Assembly: GCF_009914755.1 (NCBI RefSeq)
Contig: NC_060934.1
Length of the DNA: 64,000 nt
Reading direction: 5' to 3' (one strand)
DNA from: the human T2T-CHM13v2.0 reference genome, Homo sapiens
Both the position numbers and the translations under genes were made by a program. Below, in pieces: positions 38,596 to 53,659 of this stretch (positions are counted from its first letter, which is position 1; the number at the start of each line of letters is the position of its first letter). Under the pieces are notes generated by a model. The model was not told the origin of the DNA. It worked only from the letters and a program-made list of their open reading frames with translations, and searched no databases.

Positions 38596-41500
38596 AACAC
38601 CACGCTCCCCACCGGAAAGGCTGATGCTGGCCCTGATGCTCACTTCCCCACCTACATTCTCCCTGATCTCCAGTCATTTCCCAGCTCCCAACCCTTTAAT
38701 AGATCCTCAAAATGCCTCCTAATCAAAATTTTTAGTTTTAAAAACCACCTAGCCAGTGTTTGATGGGCTGAACCAATTCCCTGCATGACGACCCAGGGCA
38801 AAGCAGTGCTGGGATCTGATCTCTGGCTTGGGTGACTGGGAAGGAAGCCCAGGGCAAGTATGAGGGTGAAAGCCATGCTCAAACCTAGAAGGACTCAGGG
38901 GCACTGAGCTTGGCGGACACAGGGTGTGTCTAGAGAGGGTCTCAATGGGTCAGAAGTTATGTGGCTGGTAGCCAGAAAACACAAGACAGGGAGAGAGGTT
39001 GCACTGCAGCACGCAGGTCCTCTATTTCCCTGTGTGGTGAAATATCATGGTGCACCACACACACATGGATTTCTGGGTTCTGCAGCACGCTAAACACTTT
39101 TCTATAATGTGAATAAAAGACCCCAGAGCTATTGCCACTTCATCTTTTGCTCATGGTGCCAGAGCCACGGTGATATGGACAGGCCACCTGGCTGAGAAGA
39201 TGGAGCTCACAGGTCCCTTCCCATGGCAGGATGGTGGCTTTCCTTTCCTCTGTAACTATGCAAACCATGTGCCTCAGTCCTCTGGGCTCCTCTGCCCTTG
39301 CTCCAGAAGGCTGGCCTCTTCTTCTGCTCTGTAGAGAACAGGGAAACCACTGGGAGGGAACTTCGTTAACTTCCTGACAGACTTTCCAACCTCTGTGTCC
39401 ATCTCAGGCCTCCCATTCAGCTTCAAAACCCGTCCTCTACATCTTCTCAGAAACAATACCTTAATGAATATCCTTTCTCCCTCCTTATCTAAACCTCTTC
39501 CTCTCAACTGAATCTTTCCAATGCATTAGCCTGTGAGCACTCTCACATCTCTCTCTAAACTGCAACCAGAACCCCCACCCAGCAATTCCTCCCAAACGAT
39601 CCATCTACCCCTCTCCATTTTTCATTTCCCACAATCAAATTTATTACATAGCACCTACCTTTGCTGTCTGTTCTCATTTCTTACAAGAAATATGACTAAA
39701 TAGGAATTATTGTCTATGAGCGTGATGTCACAGAGGGAGACTTCTAGACCAATCTCAGCCTTCAGAACCTTGTCCAGAGAGAGGGGTCCTGGGTGGCCCT
39801 CCTCCTTCCCCCTTGCTCTCTTTCCAAATGTGATGTGATCCTGGCAAGGCCACACACTGGATGAAGCACAGAGGCCCCCAAGTCCTCTGTGGTGCTTGTG
39901 GACTCCTGTCTTTGATCTTGCTCTCCTACTCCTCACCATGGAGTAGCCCCGGCTACATTTTAGTTTAAAGGGAGGTGCTCTGTTCTGTGGGAAGCCAACA
40001 GTCGTGAATTGGCTTTCCTGAGCAATCCTGAGTGGGTTGGATGCTTCAGAATCCCCTGGACCCAGCAAAACTGATCAATCTACAGGGAAATTAAAAAGCC
40101 AGCATCCCCAGACAGAAACCCACACCTGAGGAGCATCAGGGTTTGGGGAGGTCTGGGAAACCAAGCCAAAGATGAACCCTTAGCCATGGCTGCATTTTCC
40201 AGTGGGAAGCCCCTTCCTCTGAAATGAGAGAAGAGGAAGTTGGAAGCTCATCCATGGACATGTGCCTGGTCCTGACTGACTTTGAGAAACACTGGAGAGA
40301 ACAGACTCACCATGACTTTCCTATCCAGGCGAGCCCATAAGCCTATTTCTCTCAATATTCACTCAGATTCATTGCAGCTGGAGGTTTATGCTCCAAGTTA
40401 GGGCTTCAGAAAACAAATATCACAAGCATTTGCCCTGTTGTTCTTTTCTTTTCTTTATTCTTGAGTCTCACCCCCAGAAGCCCAGTATCAGCTCAGCAAT
40501 AGAGACTTTAAAGCAGACTCACTCTTAAACCAGGCCAAAGGATGGATATTGGTCCCAGTTTTAAAGACCTTACCTGTTGCCTGCATGCCTCAGGCCTCCT
40601 ATGTCCCCAGCCAAACCATGCAGCCCATAGTAGAATCCCTGGGGAAGGGAACACTATGTTTTAACTCTGAGTTTTCTTAAGGGCACAAAGTAACTTTACC
40701 CACGGTCTCCAGTGAAGTCCCACAAACCTTCTTGATTTTTCTTCTAGGCTTGATATTTCCAGCCCCTTAATCATTTCTGGGTCCATTCCCAAGGCTTCCC
40801 CTGGCTTCTCTCAATCTCTCCTAAAAGCCTTCCTTTTGCACTAAATAAAAGGCAAGTGAAACATTCCCTGGACCCAGAAGGCTCTGGCTTTGTATGGCCT
40901 GCAATTTTTCAAGATTGAAAAAATAATGATAATAAAAAGCCAAAAACTTTCTGTGAGAAATGAGTCACAGGCATTAAAGTAACTCCCCACGCAGTGATTT
41001 TGTCTCCATGGGCTTGATACTTTGAATCTGCTTTAGACATTTCATATACTGAGGAAAGGTCTGAAATGTTAATGCCTCTGGATCCTGCTATGGTTTACAG
41101 AAAGCACCTTTGCTTTCAAAAGCTTCTGTGTTAATCAAAGGTGATTAAAACCAGGTCCCTGCCGAGGGCGTTCTTTCACAGCTCTGAAGAAGTAAGGAAA
41201 AGCAGAGATGATTATCTGGCCAGCTCGTCAGAGATGTGCTCCTTTCTATAAAAATATACATGCTGACAAAACAAGGGCTGTGGATTTACAATTTGTCTGA
41301 TTTGATCACCTTTCAGCACAGGAAAACCTGGCTTGTATATCCCATTAGAGGGGCTGCCATGAGATCTGTCCATGGAAGACAAGGCTCAGCCTGGGACTCA
41401 GGACCAGAGATCAAACTACAGTGTCATTTTGAATGTCATCTTCAAAATCCACCTTGAATGTTCCAGCCCCCCAGGCAGAAGTGGTCCCCCATTCTCTGTA

Positions 41501-42244
41501 CTACTGCAACCCCTTGGTTGGCCTTTTTTCAGGATGGAGTCTGTTGTGATATATGTGTGTGTCCTAGACCGTGAGTTCCTTGTATCATCAGTTAAGAGTC
41601 CATGCAACCTTTTCAGATTTGCTACCCACTTCTCCCTGGACAGCCAGGAGGCTGCTCTTTGTTTTAAAGACACATGAAATGGAAAGAATCAGTATCTTCA
41701 TTTCTGTATAAACACAGCCATACTCTTCCAGGCTATTAAAAAGGCAATTAATTGTAAGACAGATGCAAGGGGCACCTTTCTTCATGGGTAGGGCTCAATT
41801 AAAGAAGCCTTATGGAGCCAGAAGACTCATGGAAGCCAGAGAGGTGGGGATATGCTTATGGCCGCAGCTTCAGCTTTCTTATCACACTCACACTCTTTCC
41901 TGGAAAGACCTTAGGAAAGAATGTTTTCAACCCTATTAGAGATCAAAAACATGCAAATTAACATAACGAGATGCTATTTGCTTCCTATAAAATTAGCAAA
42001 AGTTTTTTTCAGAACAATGAACAATTGTGATGAGGCCAAGATCTGATGGTTATTCTCATACAGTACTTTGTGTGTGGCAGAGAGGGGGGTGCATGCATTG
42101 GTACACATTTTCCCAAAAGCAGGATGTTTTTGAGGAAAGTAGTCAGAGATATAAACAAAGATTATGCTTTAATATGTGTACTGAAGCTCTATTTTTAAAA
42201 TATAAATTGAAAACAAACCCAAAGATGTAACTAGAGTGATGACA

Positions 42245-42595
42245 TGTTAGTGTATGCTAAGCAATCCAGCAGTAACAAGTAAACGTCGAAATTTCGGTAC
42301 TCAGCACACAAAGGTTCATTTCTCACTTAATGTCTGATGTAGTCTGGACATGTCTAAGCAGAGTTCTCCCAAGCAGTGATTCTTTAGATCCAGGCTGCTC
42401 CCAATCTGTGGTTCTGTCACCAACAGTTGCTGATGAGGGGACAGATACTCCAGGCACAGAAGTGGCATCCATAACTTCTGTCCACAACCATTGTCCAGAA
42501 CTCAAAACTGCAGGGGAGATTTGGAAATGAAGGCTTACCAAGTGCTCAGAGAGAGGAAATGGTATGGAGAACCTGTGGCATTGACTCTACCACCA
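42245..42595 (-). mobile_element. Old MLT1 (J/K/L-like) LTR within L1ME fragments
   Basis: gcagtaacaag...acacaaaggttcatttctcactt...gatccaggctgctcccaatctgtgg. Confidence 0.6.
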
Positions 42596-42661
42596 ATGGC
42601 TGAGTGAAACATCACACGTTCATACAAGGCAGCATTGTGCAGCCATTAAAAGTATGATCCC

Positions 42662-42978
<317 letters not shown>

Positions 42979-44899
42979 TTAATGATATGTAAACATCTTC
43001 ACAACCTATCATGGCAAGAAAAACAGGAAGGTCATGATAAATAACTATAACTGTGCATTTTTGTTACAGTTCCAAAACTGTAACAAACATGCATATTGTT
43101 TCAAATTGTTCCCAAAACATGCAAACATGTATATGTGTATGTACACCCTTGACACCAGCATGTTCACTGGGCTATTTCTAGGTTGAAGTGAATTTTTCTT
43201 CTTCATTATTTACCAACTTTTTCCCCAATTTTTCTTTAATGAGCATATATCATTCTCCAAATAAAAAATAAGTAAAAGTTATTGGTTAAAGGTGTAGTTG
43301 ATATGTATGCTACATATCACACATGTAACCAGTAATAACAATAAAGCATCTGTGAGGCAACTCCCAATTCCTAGACCAGGGCTGGGGGACTTTGCAAAGA
43401 ACTCCTGCAGCTCCATGAGAAGGCCTGCTGAAGTGAGGCATTGTCATGATGAGAGTATTTGCACTGGGGACAGGAGAGTTTTAGAAAGAACTGATAGGAT
43501 GGTATCCTGGCAAGAACACCAGCCTTGGAGGTGGAGGATGAGGGCTCTTTTCCACACTTTCACATTTATTATGGCCTCTCGGAGAGGGAACTTTACCTCT
43601 AAGTTTTTTCTCCAGGGTTGCCACGAATATATAAAAGTTTTCCCAAAATGCGTTCTGAAGGTATTCAGTGACAAAAGCATTCCATAATGTAGGGATAAGC
43701 TGGAATAAGTCATGCGGCAGACTACTGCAGGGCTTCCGAATGCACTAATGTGTTTCCAAAGTCTCCTAGAATCATATACACTATGAGCATTTTCCAAATT
43801 CCTTGACCAAGAAACCTTTACTTAGAAACATCTTATGGAGTCAGAAGTCTGCTACTAAGCACTACAGAAAATTGTTTCTTTACTGAGACACTTATATAAT
43901 AAATATGTGTATCTATATCAGGTTCTGGGAGGGTTTGTCAATTCTGCATTGTTGAAGGGTATTTCATAGAACTAGGAGGTCACATGGCAGGGTCTCAGCT
44001 TGAGCCTGTGCTGTGTTTGCTCCATGATTCAGCCTTGGCACGTCTGGAGGATGACAGAGATGGGCTGTTGGGACTGTCTTCATAAAGCATCATGGATCCT
44101 CCTGGGATGAGCCTTGTCCTAAGGAAAAGATGGGGAAAATAAATAGGCTCAGGGTGATTCAGAAGACAACATGATATCTTTCACTAGGATTATCGTCTAG
44201 TCCCTGGAATCCACCTAAATCTTAGAACAAAGATTTGCAATAAAGCCATGTGCCAACTGAATGGGAGGAGACATGGTAAGCAGGAGGCATGAGCGACATT
44301 GATTCCAGCTGTTTCACATGGTGGGACAGATCACAGGCATCAGGAGAGACAGGGAAGAGCAGATACTACACAGTGGCCCAGAAAATGCATGAGTCACACC
44401 TGGGGCTCCCAGACTGTAAGGGAGTGGATGGAGGAGGATAGGAACTTCTGTATAATGGGAAAGAGCAGAACCTTGGACACATGGTTTTCTGACTCTCTTC
44501 ATCACTTACAGCCACCTCTGCTGGGGTGGCTCTAGGAACACAGTGAGAGTCAGAGAGAGTCAGAAGAAAGAACTCTTCTCTTTCTCTTCATATGTTCTTA
44601 AGTATAACATATGGAAACGTCTAGTATAGCATCTGGAACACAACAGCTATAAAATAAAATGACTGCCGGGACCTGGCAGCAACATGAGCACAGCGGAGGG
44701 GATGGGGTGGGGGGAGATTGTGGCAAATTGAAAGGCATTTGTGCTCTTCTGAAAGAAAGCATGGACTCACCTCTAGCAAATTGCTGTTATGCAATAATTT
44801 GGGCCCATTGATGTCAGGTCTTCCAATTGTTCAAGAAATTCAGAAATTTGATTTTTTTAATGAAAGTGTATCTGTGGCCTGAATTTCATCAGTTTCCTC

Positions 44900-45600
44900 T
44901 GTGAGTTTCTACTTGCTTGGCCAAACACCCAGAGTTATGTTTGACTTTTCTGTTTCACACGCCACAAAGTCCATCAGCAGAGGCTTCCATTTTCTATTTC
45001 CAAACGCTTCCCAAACCTGACCACTCATTGTCGCTTGTACCCTGGTCCAATCCTGTCACCTCTCCCAGGATTTCTGCAGTAACCTCCTCCCTGGTGTCTT
45101 TGATTCCACATTTGGCCCCGTAAACTCTACACTCTACAGAACCCCAGACTAAACTTAATACAAAAAATGGGTCACATCACCTGTTACACAAAAGTCTCAG
45201 TGGTTTCTCATTAGATGCACAAAGTCAATGTACTTACAGCTTTCATTAAGGTCTCCATCTCAGTCTGCCCTCCCTACTCCACCCCAGGTACCCATCCCAC
45301 CACCTCCCTCACTCATTTTCTACCACTCTGCTCCTTGCACACTTTGCTTCAGCCAATGGTCTCCTTCCTGAACCTCTGACACCCCAGGAATGCCCCAGCC
45401 ATCCACGGGGCTTCCTCCCCCACCTCCTTCAGATCCTTGCTCAATGCCCTTTTCTCAGTGAGGAGTTCTCTGAGCAACCTATTTAAAGCTTCAGCCTCCT
45501 CCAACCTCCTCCATATCTCCTTTCCTGACTTGCTTTTCTCTTAACACTTATCATCGCCTGATATACTTTACATTTATCTAATTTATTTCTTTATACTGTG
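44900..45600 (+). mobile_element. L2 fragment
   Basis: ctgcagtaacctcctccctggtgtc..., ctccttcagatccttgctcaatgcccttttctcagtgagg...ctatttaaa. Confidence 0.75.
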
Positions 45601-45617
45601 ACTCCTAAAAATAAGAA

Positions 45618-45730
45618 TGCCACCTATAGTTCCAGGTACCTAGGAACTGAGGCAGAAGGATAGCTTGAGCCCAGGATTTTGAGATCAGCCTGGGCAACAT
45701 AGCAAGAACCTATCTCTAAAATAAAATAAA
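45618..45730 (+). mobile_element. Alu monomer (FLAM/FAM-like)
   Basis: ctgaggcagaaggatagcttgagcccaggattttgagatcagcctgggcaacatagcaaga followed by an A-rich tail. Confidence 0.85.
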
Positions 45731-47787
45731 TTCTTGAGGGGAATATTGAGGCATAGAAAGGCTAAGCAAGTGTTCAGAGTTCGATGGGACACACATAAGG
45801 TTCATCTTCCCATGTCCTGACCTAATTTGAATGAATATCTGAACTTGTGAGGCCTTTCAGGATATGTTTCTGCTTCAGAAATAAATAAATAAATGATTTC
45901 CACAACTCTTTGCTTTTCTGCACCAACTAGGGCTAAAACATAAGGGGACTTTAGAAGCTAATAGTAAGGATGGACAAGTCCCAGGTGGAGACAATTAACC
46001 CAAAATCCTGTCAGTCCAGGTGGCTCCAGGCCAAGGCACTTCATCTTCATTCACCAAAATAGTATGATGGATAAGGAGGGCCTTTGCCCAAAATACAGAC
46101 AGTTGAGATGCTTTGAGATTCTAGGTCATGCCCTCATGTCACCTTTTAAGAAGAACCAGCTGAAGACTAGAGGAACTTCTTTGAAATTATTTTCCCTACC
46201 CAAAGTGGACTCTCCAGGCCCCCTTTGGGCTGTGGCCAGTGGATTCATTTAATGTGGAACAGAATCAGATGATGACAATGTGAGGCTTTAGGGCTGTAAC
46301 TTCCTTGGGATTGTCATCTTGCCCAGAGAAGACAGCTGCATTCAGATAGCTCTAAAGTCAGTGTGATCCCTACCTCTGGGTCCTACCTCTACAACTTAGT
46401 TTTCTGATGCTCTTTTAGAGAAGTATAAGCATGTAAACTTGCTCCAAAGAACAGATTGAGAAGCCACAGCTTTTGTGTTCCCACTGAATACCCTCCCAGA
46501 ACCTCAAAATATGGACAGAGGATCAATGGAGCTCTATGCTTAGTAGCTGTGGGCCACCTAGGAGGCCACTCAAAGTGCAATCAGGAAGCATAATAGATCA
46601 TCCAAGTTAAAGGCTTTGGGGCACAGGGAAGAAAGATAAAATTTTACTTGATTAAATCAGCAAACTAAAAAAGAAAAGGTAATCACTGCAAAGCACAAAG
46701 GTAGTAAACAAAATGGAAGAAATTCATTGTTTTGTAGCAGGATTTGAAGTCATTGTGAATGGGCTGAATTTCCTCACTCAAAAGTAAAGAAATTCAGTTA
46801 GGGTAAAAGCAAAGCTGAGCAGTAAACTATTTTAAAAAAAAACACACACATTAAAAACAAAATGATAGAGGCTCCACCAAGGGGAAGTAGCTGTATATAT
46901 TAAACTATTCCTCCTGTTGAGTATAGTTAAAAATCTGGACTTTATTTTTTAAAAAATTAGAAGAGTGAAAAGTAAATAGAAAAAAAAGCAGACCAATTAG
47001 GGACCTCAGAATCCAACAAATGATATAATGGTGAGTTCTGTGAATTTTCTTCTGGCCTCATATATTCCAGACTAGGTATTAGAGAAGCTAATGACCCAGA
47101 AATGCCAACAGATATAGGCAAAAATAGCACTCCCCTACCCTCCACAAGAGAAAGCTGTTTACTTTAGCCAAAGGACCAGGAATTGTATAGCCTCACAAGA
47201 CAGAAAAGTTTTAGATAATAACCATTTTACTCCAGCAGAACACCACAGGAAAAAACCTGCAGCCCCACTTTTATCCCACCAGCAAAGGCTGAGTGGAAAG
47301 CCTGCACTTCCAGTCTTGCCAGAGAGTAAAGGGACTCCCTCAAACCTGCCCAAGTTTTCCCAAGCCAAGAAGACTAAGTGTGGAGGCTGGAATCTCATCT
47401 TTGCTGAGCAGTAATGAGTTCCTTCCCACCTCCCACAGTGTCTCTGGACACCTTGTCAAGAGCCTCAACTTCAATGCTCTCCCAGGAGTAAAGAGACACC
47501 CTTTCCACCCATGGCTAAGATGTCATCAGAGGAGACCTGCTAAAACACAAGATTTCATCACTATCCAAAGTCTTGCAGCATAATAGCTAGTGTCCAGGAT
47601 TCAATTAAATATCTGAGGATCCAAGAAGATCTCAATTTGAATGAGAAAAGACAATCAACAGATGACAACATCAAGATGACACAGATGTTGGAAATTTCCG
47701 ACAAGGATTTCAGAGCAGGCACCTCAAAAATGTTTCAAGGAGCAATGATGAAGATGTCTGGAAAAGAATAGAAAATTATAGCAAAGA

Positions 47788-48089
<302 letters not shown>

Positions 48090-49525
48090 GAAAATTATAA
48101 CAAAGAAATAAAAAACATAAGAACAAAATAGGAATTTTAGAATTAAAAAATGCAAAAGCAGAAAGAAAAACTCAATGGATGAATTCAACAGCAGAATGAA
48201 GAAAACAGAGGAAAGAATCTGTAAACTTGAAAATAAAATAGAATATACCCAATAAAAGAAAGAACAACAGAAAGAAGAGACATTAAATATATATATTTAT
48301 ATTTAACGTATATATATACCTGATGTCTTTTATGTATAAACTTAGGGGCATGTGGAACTATAACTAAGGGTCTAACATTTGTGTCACCGAAGTCCCCAAA
48401 GGAAAGGAGAACAGGAGTGGGGGCTGAAAAAGTATTCAAAATATAATGTCAGAAAATTTACAAATTTGGAAAATATATAAATTTACGTATTCAAGAGGCT
48501 GAGCAAACCGTAAACAGAATAAAACCAAAGAAATTTATACTAAAATACATCATAGTCAAATTTCTGGAAACTAAAGACAAGGAAAAATTTTTGAAAGTAG
48601 TCAGAGGGAAAGAATAACTTAACCACAGGGTAAAAACATCTCAAAGAACAGAAGATTTTTCTTCAGAAACCACGGGGGCAAGAAGGAAGAGGAACATTTT
48701 TCAAGTGCTGAAAGAAAAGAGCTGTCAGCTCAGAATTCTACATCCAGTGAAAAATATCATTCAGGGGATAAGGGGAAATCAAGACATTCTCTGATGAAGT
48801 AAAACCAAGATAATCTGTCACCAGCAGACCTACTGTAAAAGAATGTCTGAAGGAAGTTCATTAAACAGAAAAGAATTCATAAAAGAAGGACACAGGAACA
48901 TCAGGAAGAAAGAATGACAGAAAAAGCAAAAATACGGGTAAATATTTTTTTACCACAGACTTCACTCCTCTTGAATTTCCAAATGTATGTTTGACCGCTG
49001 GAGCAAAACTTGTAATAATGTCTGTATAGCTCCCAACACATGTAGAGGAAATATTTAAGATGATTGTATTAAGAATGGGGGAGGGTAAAGGGGCATAAGA
49101 ATAGGTAAGTGTTCTAACTCACTCAGGCTGCTACAATGCCAACCCAAATGGACTGTGATAAGTTATGTACATATAATTTACCTAAGCAATCACTAAAATA
49201 AATGCAAGGAGATATATCAGAAAACACTAAAGATAAGTCAAAATGGAATTCTAAAAATATTCAAGTCACCCACAGGAAGTGAATAAAAAGAAAACATGAA
49301 GATAAACAATCAGAATAATCAGAAAATGAAAAATGAAATGGTAGATAACCTCAACATTATATTATATTGATCGAATAATAGATCAATAACTATTGTGCAT
49401 GTAAATGGTCTAAATATACCAAATGAAAAGCAGAAACAGAAATTGACAGGGTGAATTAAATCAAAAATATGACCCAACTATACACAGTCTAAAAAACAAA
49501 CAGACAAAAATACTTCAGATATAAC

Positions 49526-49623
49526 TATTAAAAGAAAAACCTTAGATAAATTAAATTTAACAGTTTAATTGAGCAAAAAAAAATGATTCATGGATAGGGG
49601 ACCACTGAGGACTAGAAGTTTAG
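49526..49623 (-). mobile_element. ERV1 LTR 3'-end fragment (MER57-like)
   Basis: Reverse complement aligns by eye to the end of the LTR at ~61945-62040 (catgaatcatt...gctcaa...ctgttaaattta...gtttttcttttaa). Confidence 0.75.
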
Positions 49624-50047
49624 AAATAAAGAACAACTACAAAATATCCATAGCTATTATACTTAACAGTGAAAGGACAAGTGCTTGCACCTAAGCTCTA
49701 GAACAAGAAAAGGATGTCCACTCTCACCACTATCATTCAGCACAGTACTGGAAAATCCAGCCAGCACAATGAGGAATGAAAAGAAAGTAAAAGGCACATA
49801 GGATGGAAAGAAAAACTTTCAATACTGGGAGATGACATAATAGTCTACATAGAAAGTTCTGAGAAATTTTTCAAACAAACAAACCTAGAATAAGTAAGTT
49901 CAGCAAGGTCACAGGATAAAAGATCAATACACAAAAATAAATATGTATACATATGTACACACGTGTATATGTGTGTATGTGTGAGAGAGAGAGAGAGTGC
50001 TCTATATATGTTTTAAAATATAAAGGTTGGTTCTAGAATACTAACGA

Positions 50048-50438
50048 TGTTAAAATAATTAAATGGGGAGGCCATTAGACTGAGGTGGCTCCAATGCCCT
50101 TTGTTCCTACATAAACAAACCCCTGAAACCCAACTCAGACTCATTTCCTATATATGACTAATTTTTTAAAAATTAAACTTAAGCTCAGCCCACCACCAGC
50201 CAACTGGACATTATTAGTTATATCACTTTGAACTTCCCACCTGCATAGTCCAAATGAGGCCATTGTTCAAATTTTAACCAATTAATTTATTTGCTCTGCT
50301 TCCATATTCACCCTTTTAAAGCTTTTCATCTACCTCTGGGGAGTTCCAAACCACTCTAGTTTGGAGCTGCCCAATTCATGAATTACTGCTTAAATAAACT
50401 CCGAAATTTCAGTGCATCAAAGCTTATTTTTTTTAACA
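50048..50438 (+). mobile_element. ERV1 solo LTR (LTR54/MER57-group)
   Basis: Termini tgttaaaa...ttttaaca; gaggccattagactgaggtggctcc; aataaa near the 3' end. Confidence 0.85.
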
Positions 50439-51396
50439 ATGGAGATTGTCTTAAAATAGTGGAAATTCAGGTGATGAATTTTCTTTATAGAAAATCAGAA
50501 CCAGGTCTCTCAGGTTGTCCCTGTGTCCTCTGGACAGTGGCACCTGCAGTTGTCCAACATGGGAGGGCAATACTCCCTGGACAGGAAGCACAGTCTTCTA
50601 TTAGGGCCACTTGAATGACACTGAACTTGACACTGAGAACTTGTCTCTGAGAAATGACGCATTTTATTTTCCCACAGCTGGGGCCATGCCAGAGGCATTC
50701 ATGCTGCGCTTTCTAAATACCTCAAAGACAGGCTGGGGCTGCAGCCAAGTCAGGCAATGAGCTGGCTGGGTGCCAGTCTCCCTGGGGTGATCCTGAGGCC
50801 TCTGGCTGAGTGCTCAGAGCCGGGTGTCTCCTGTGGCCCAGAATAAGGGAGGCACAATGGCCTTCCCACCTGTGCACCATCAGAACCAGGGGTTATGCAG
50901 AGGCTGAGTAAAAGAGGGTAATGACATGGCAGCCGAGATCCAGTCCCCTTTAAACTTAGAAGAAAATCCAAGCATCTTTCCACAGGCCCCTGAGGTCCAG
51001 CCTCCACCCAGAGGCCTCCAGTGACACAATATGGACATTACTTAAATTATGTGGTCAATCAAACATTTATGTATCAAACCAGGCTCAACGGAGTGCAAAC
51101 ATCCCACAGACAATCTATAGATTCTATTGGGAGGCTATAGTCAACTTATCAAGAAAATTGGCTGCAGGCACACACATGGAACTGTCCTGGAAGGGAAATC
51201 AGGGTTTGAGATGCACAGTCAGGGGACTGGAGGTTTCTTCCCCAAAGCATGACCACCAGGAAATCAGAATCAGCCAGTCCCTCAGAATCAGGAACAAGAT
51301 CATTGCATGAGAGGAGAAATAAGACAGTACCCATAAGAGAAAGTCCAGTTCCGAATCTGAACCCTGAGTTCGTTTGGTTGTAAATCCCTTCAGGGA

Positions 51397-51434
<38 letters not shown>

Positions 51435-51455
51435 TGTTTGTGCATGCATGTGTGT
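51397..51455. repeat. (TG)n microsatellite
   Basis: Directly visible. Confidence 0.95.
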
Positions 51456-53659
51456 ACTATATGGAAATATAATTTTTGTGACTCATGTTTTCACTCAATA
51501 GTAAATTTTGATCAACTTCCCTCATCCATACAAATTTAGCTCATCCTGCCTCAGCTGCCAGAAGAATTAGGGTTTCACTGCAGGGCCGAGTAATTGGGGT
51601 TGGTGTTTCCTGGGTGTATTGTGCAGCTCTGAGCCAGCTGAGACACCCTGTGCTTCTGCCCACTGGTATTCAGAGCCTACAGGCACATCTTCCTTTTCCC
51701 TGGCTTGCAGGCTGAGCCAAGTGAAGCTTGGGCAGCGTCTTAGTGTGGTCCTCCAAATCATTCCCTCCAACTTGCTTCCTACCTGGCCTCAGCGCTCCCA
51801 GCCCTACTATTCCAAGCTGGGGTGGTTCACACTCTCTGGGGAAGCCCATCCATTTCTATCCCATCTCAGTGCTGAATCCTGGAAACCACTGGTTCCAATG
51901 CCATTGACTTCCTTTCATCAAAAATTTCCTTTATGCCTCAGACTATTTATGCCACCATTTTCCACTTTTCAACCCTTTTGCAGATTTTCAATTGATTCCT
52001 TTCAAAGGTAAACACACATGGACTCAGCATCAGGAAACTGGAAAATGGGTGCTCTTAAGGCAAGATGGGCAGACAGAACAGCTTGTTCTTGTTCAGACTC
52101 AAACCCAGGAAGGGCCACGATGTGACCCAAGAACCTTGAGAACTTTGGTAGCAGAGGGAGCAGAGGTGAGAGGTGAAAATGCTCATTCCATAAGCATTCG
52201 CAGAGTGCTCATTTGACACCAGGCCTCTATCAAGTGGCAGGAGACAAGATGAAGGGACCTCAAGTGCCAGAAGATGCAGGACTTGGCCCACATGGCGATT
52301 CCTCTGGGGGAGTTAGGGTGTTCTGGAACTGCATTGAGTGGCCCTAGCCACATGACAATCATGCCCCTGTTTGGGGTTGCAGCACCTCTGGCAGTAGGTG
52401 CCACCCTGGCCAGTTTCACAGGGTAAGAGAGGCAGCTACAGAGATGAAGAGCTTGGCCAAAAGAAAGAGCTCAGACAAGGATGAAATTCCCGCAAAACTC
52501 AGTTTTTAAATAGAGTTATCAGATCAGAAATCCAACCAGTGAGCAATTAGGAGGGAGGAGGTGTGTAAAGTAAGAAAGTGCTGTGCTCAGCACTTTTTGG
52601 ATGGGTGAGAGTTATGGCTGTTGTTCTTTTAGTGCCTGGAAAGTGTTATTAATAGCTATGGGAAAGGGATTTTCCCATCTGTTCTTTCAAACACACACAT
52701 GCATACTTTAACGTTATCTTGTATTTTCAGATGCTTCTAAAATCTACAGTCAATGAGTTACTTGTATGGAGAGGTTAAACATGCCAAGGTTTCACCAGCC
52801 ATGAGCTTCACCAGCAGTGGGGAGAGGGGAGTCTGGAAAGCCGGGAGATTATTCCTTGTTTCTCAGCCAGGCTCATCTTCGGGCTCTGCAGGGGCAGCCT
52901 TACTTTACAGTCAGTCTTGGGAGGAGTGTTCTCCAAGGGAGGGTAAGGATAGCCAGGTTTAAAGAGCAAGGAAAGGGAGACAAAAGGCAAGCCCAGAGGC
53001 AGGTGCCAGTGGCTGTTGTAGCAAGTCCCTTTGCCTCTTCTTCAGGCCATTTTCACTGCCACTTGTGTCAGCTCTGGAAGACCACAGGAGCTTCCAGGTG
53101 GTCCTAGCCCCAGACTCTAATTTTGCTTGAAATCCACTAATTCAGATTCTCCAATGGCTGTGCCCTTCCTGGCATGGCCCACCTCCTCTGCACTTTCCCC
53201 CTGGAGTAAATGTACAGGAATGGGAGAGCTAGCCAGAGAGGTGACCAGAAGGTCAGAGATTCACTTTTGTTTCCATCCAAATCATAGATGTGTAAAATCA
53301 GAACTTTCTCATTTAGGGCCCCACATCCACAGGTGCTTCCTTGGTGAAAAAAAATCAATCTGGGAGATATTTTAGAATTCCAGAGTCATGATCTTTTCCA
53401 CCCACACAAGATGAATTCTTGTCCTGCAAATGATCAAAGGAAATCTGGTTATAAACAATGCTGCTGCATGAACATGACTGGGAGGAAAAAATGGAGAAGA
53501 GATGCTTTCACACCCAGGAGCTGCCTTGCATGTCGGGGGCATTTGCAGCAGGATTTACAACAGAATTACACCATTATTGATCCATTCATCTATTTCCTTT
53601 TCATTCAGTAGCTATTTCCTGACCACACTGGACACAGAAGGCTAAGGAAAGAATCTAAT

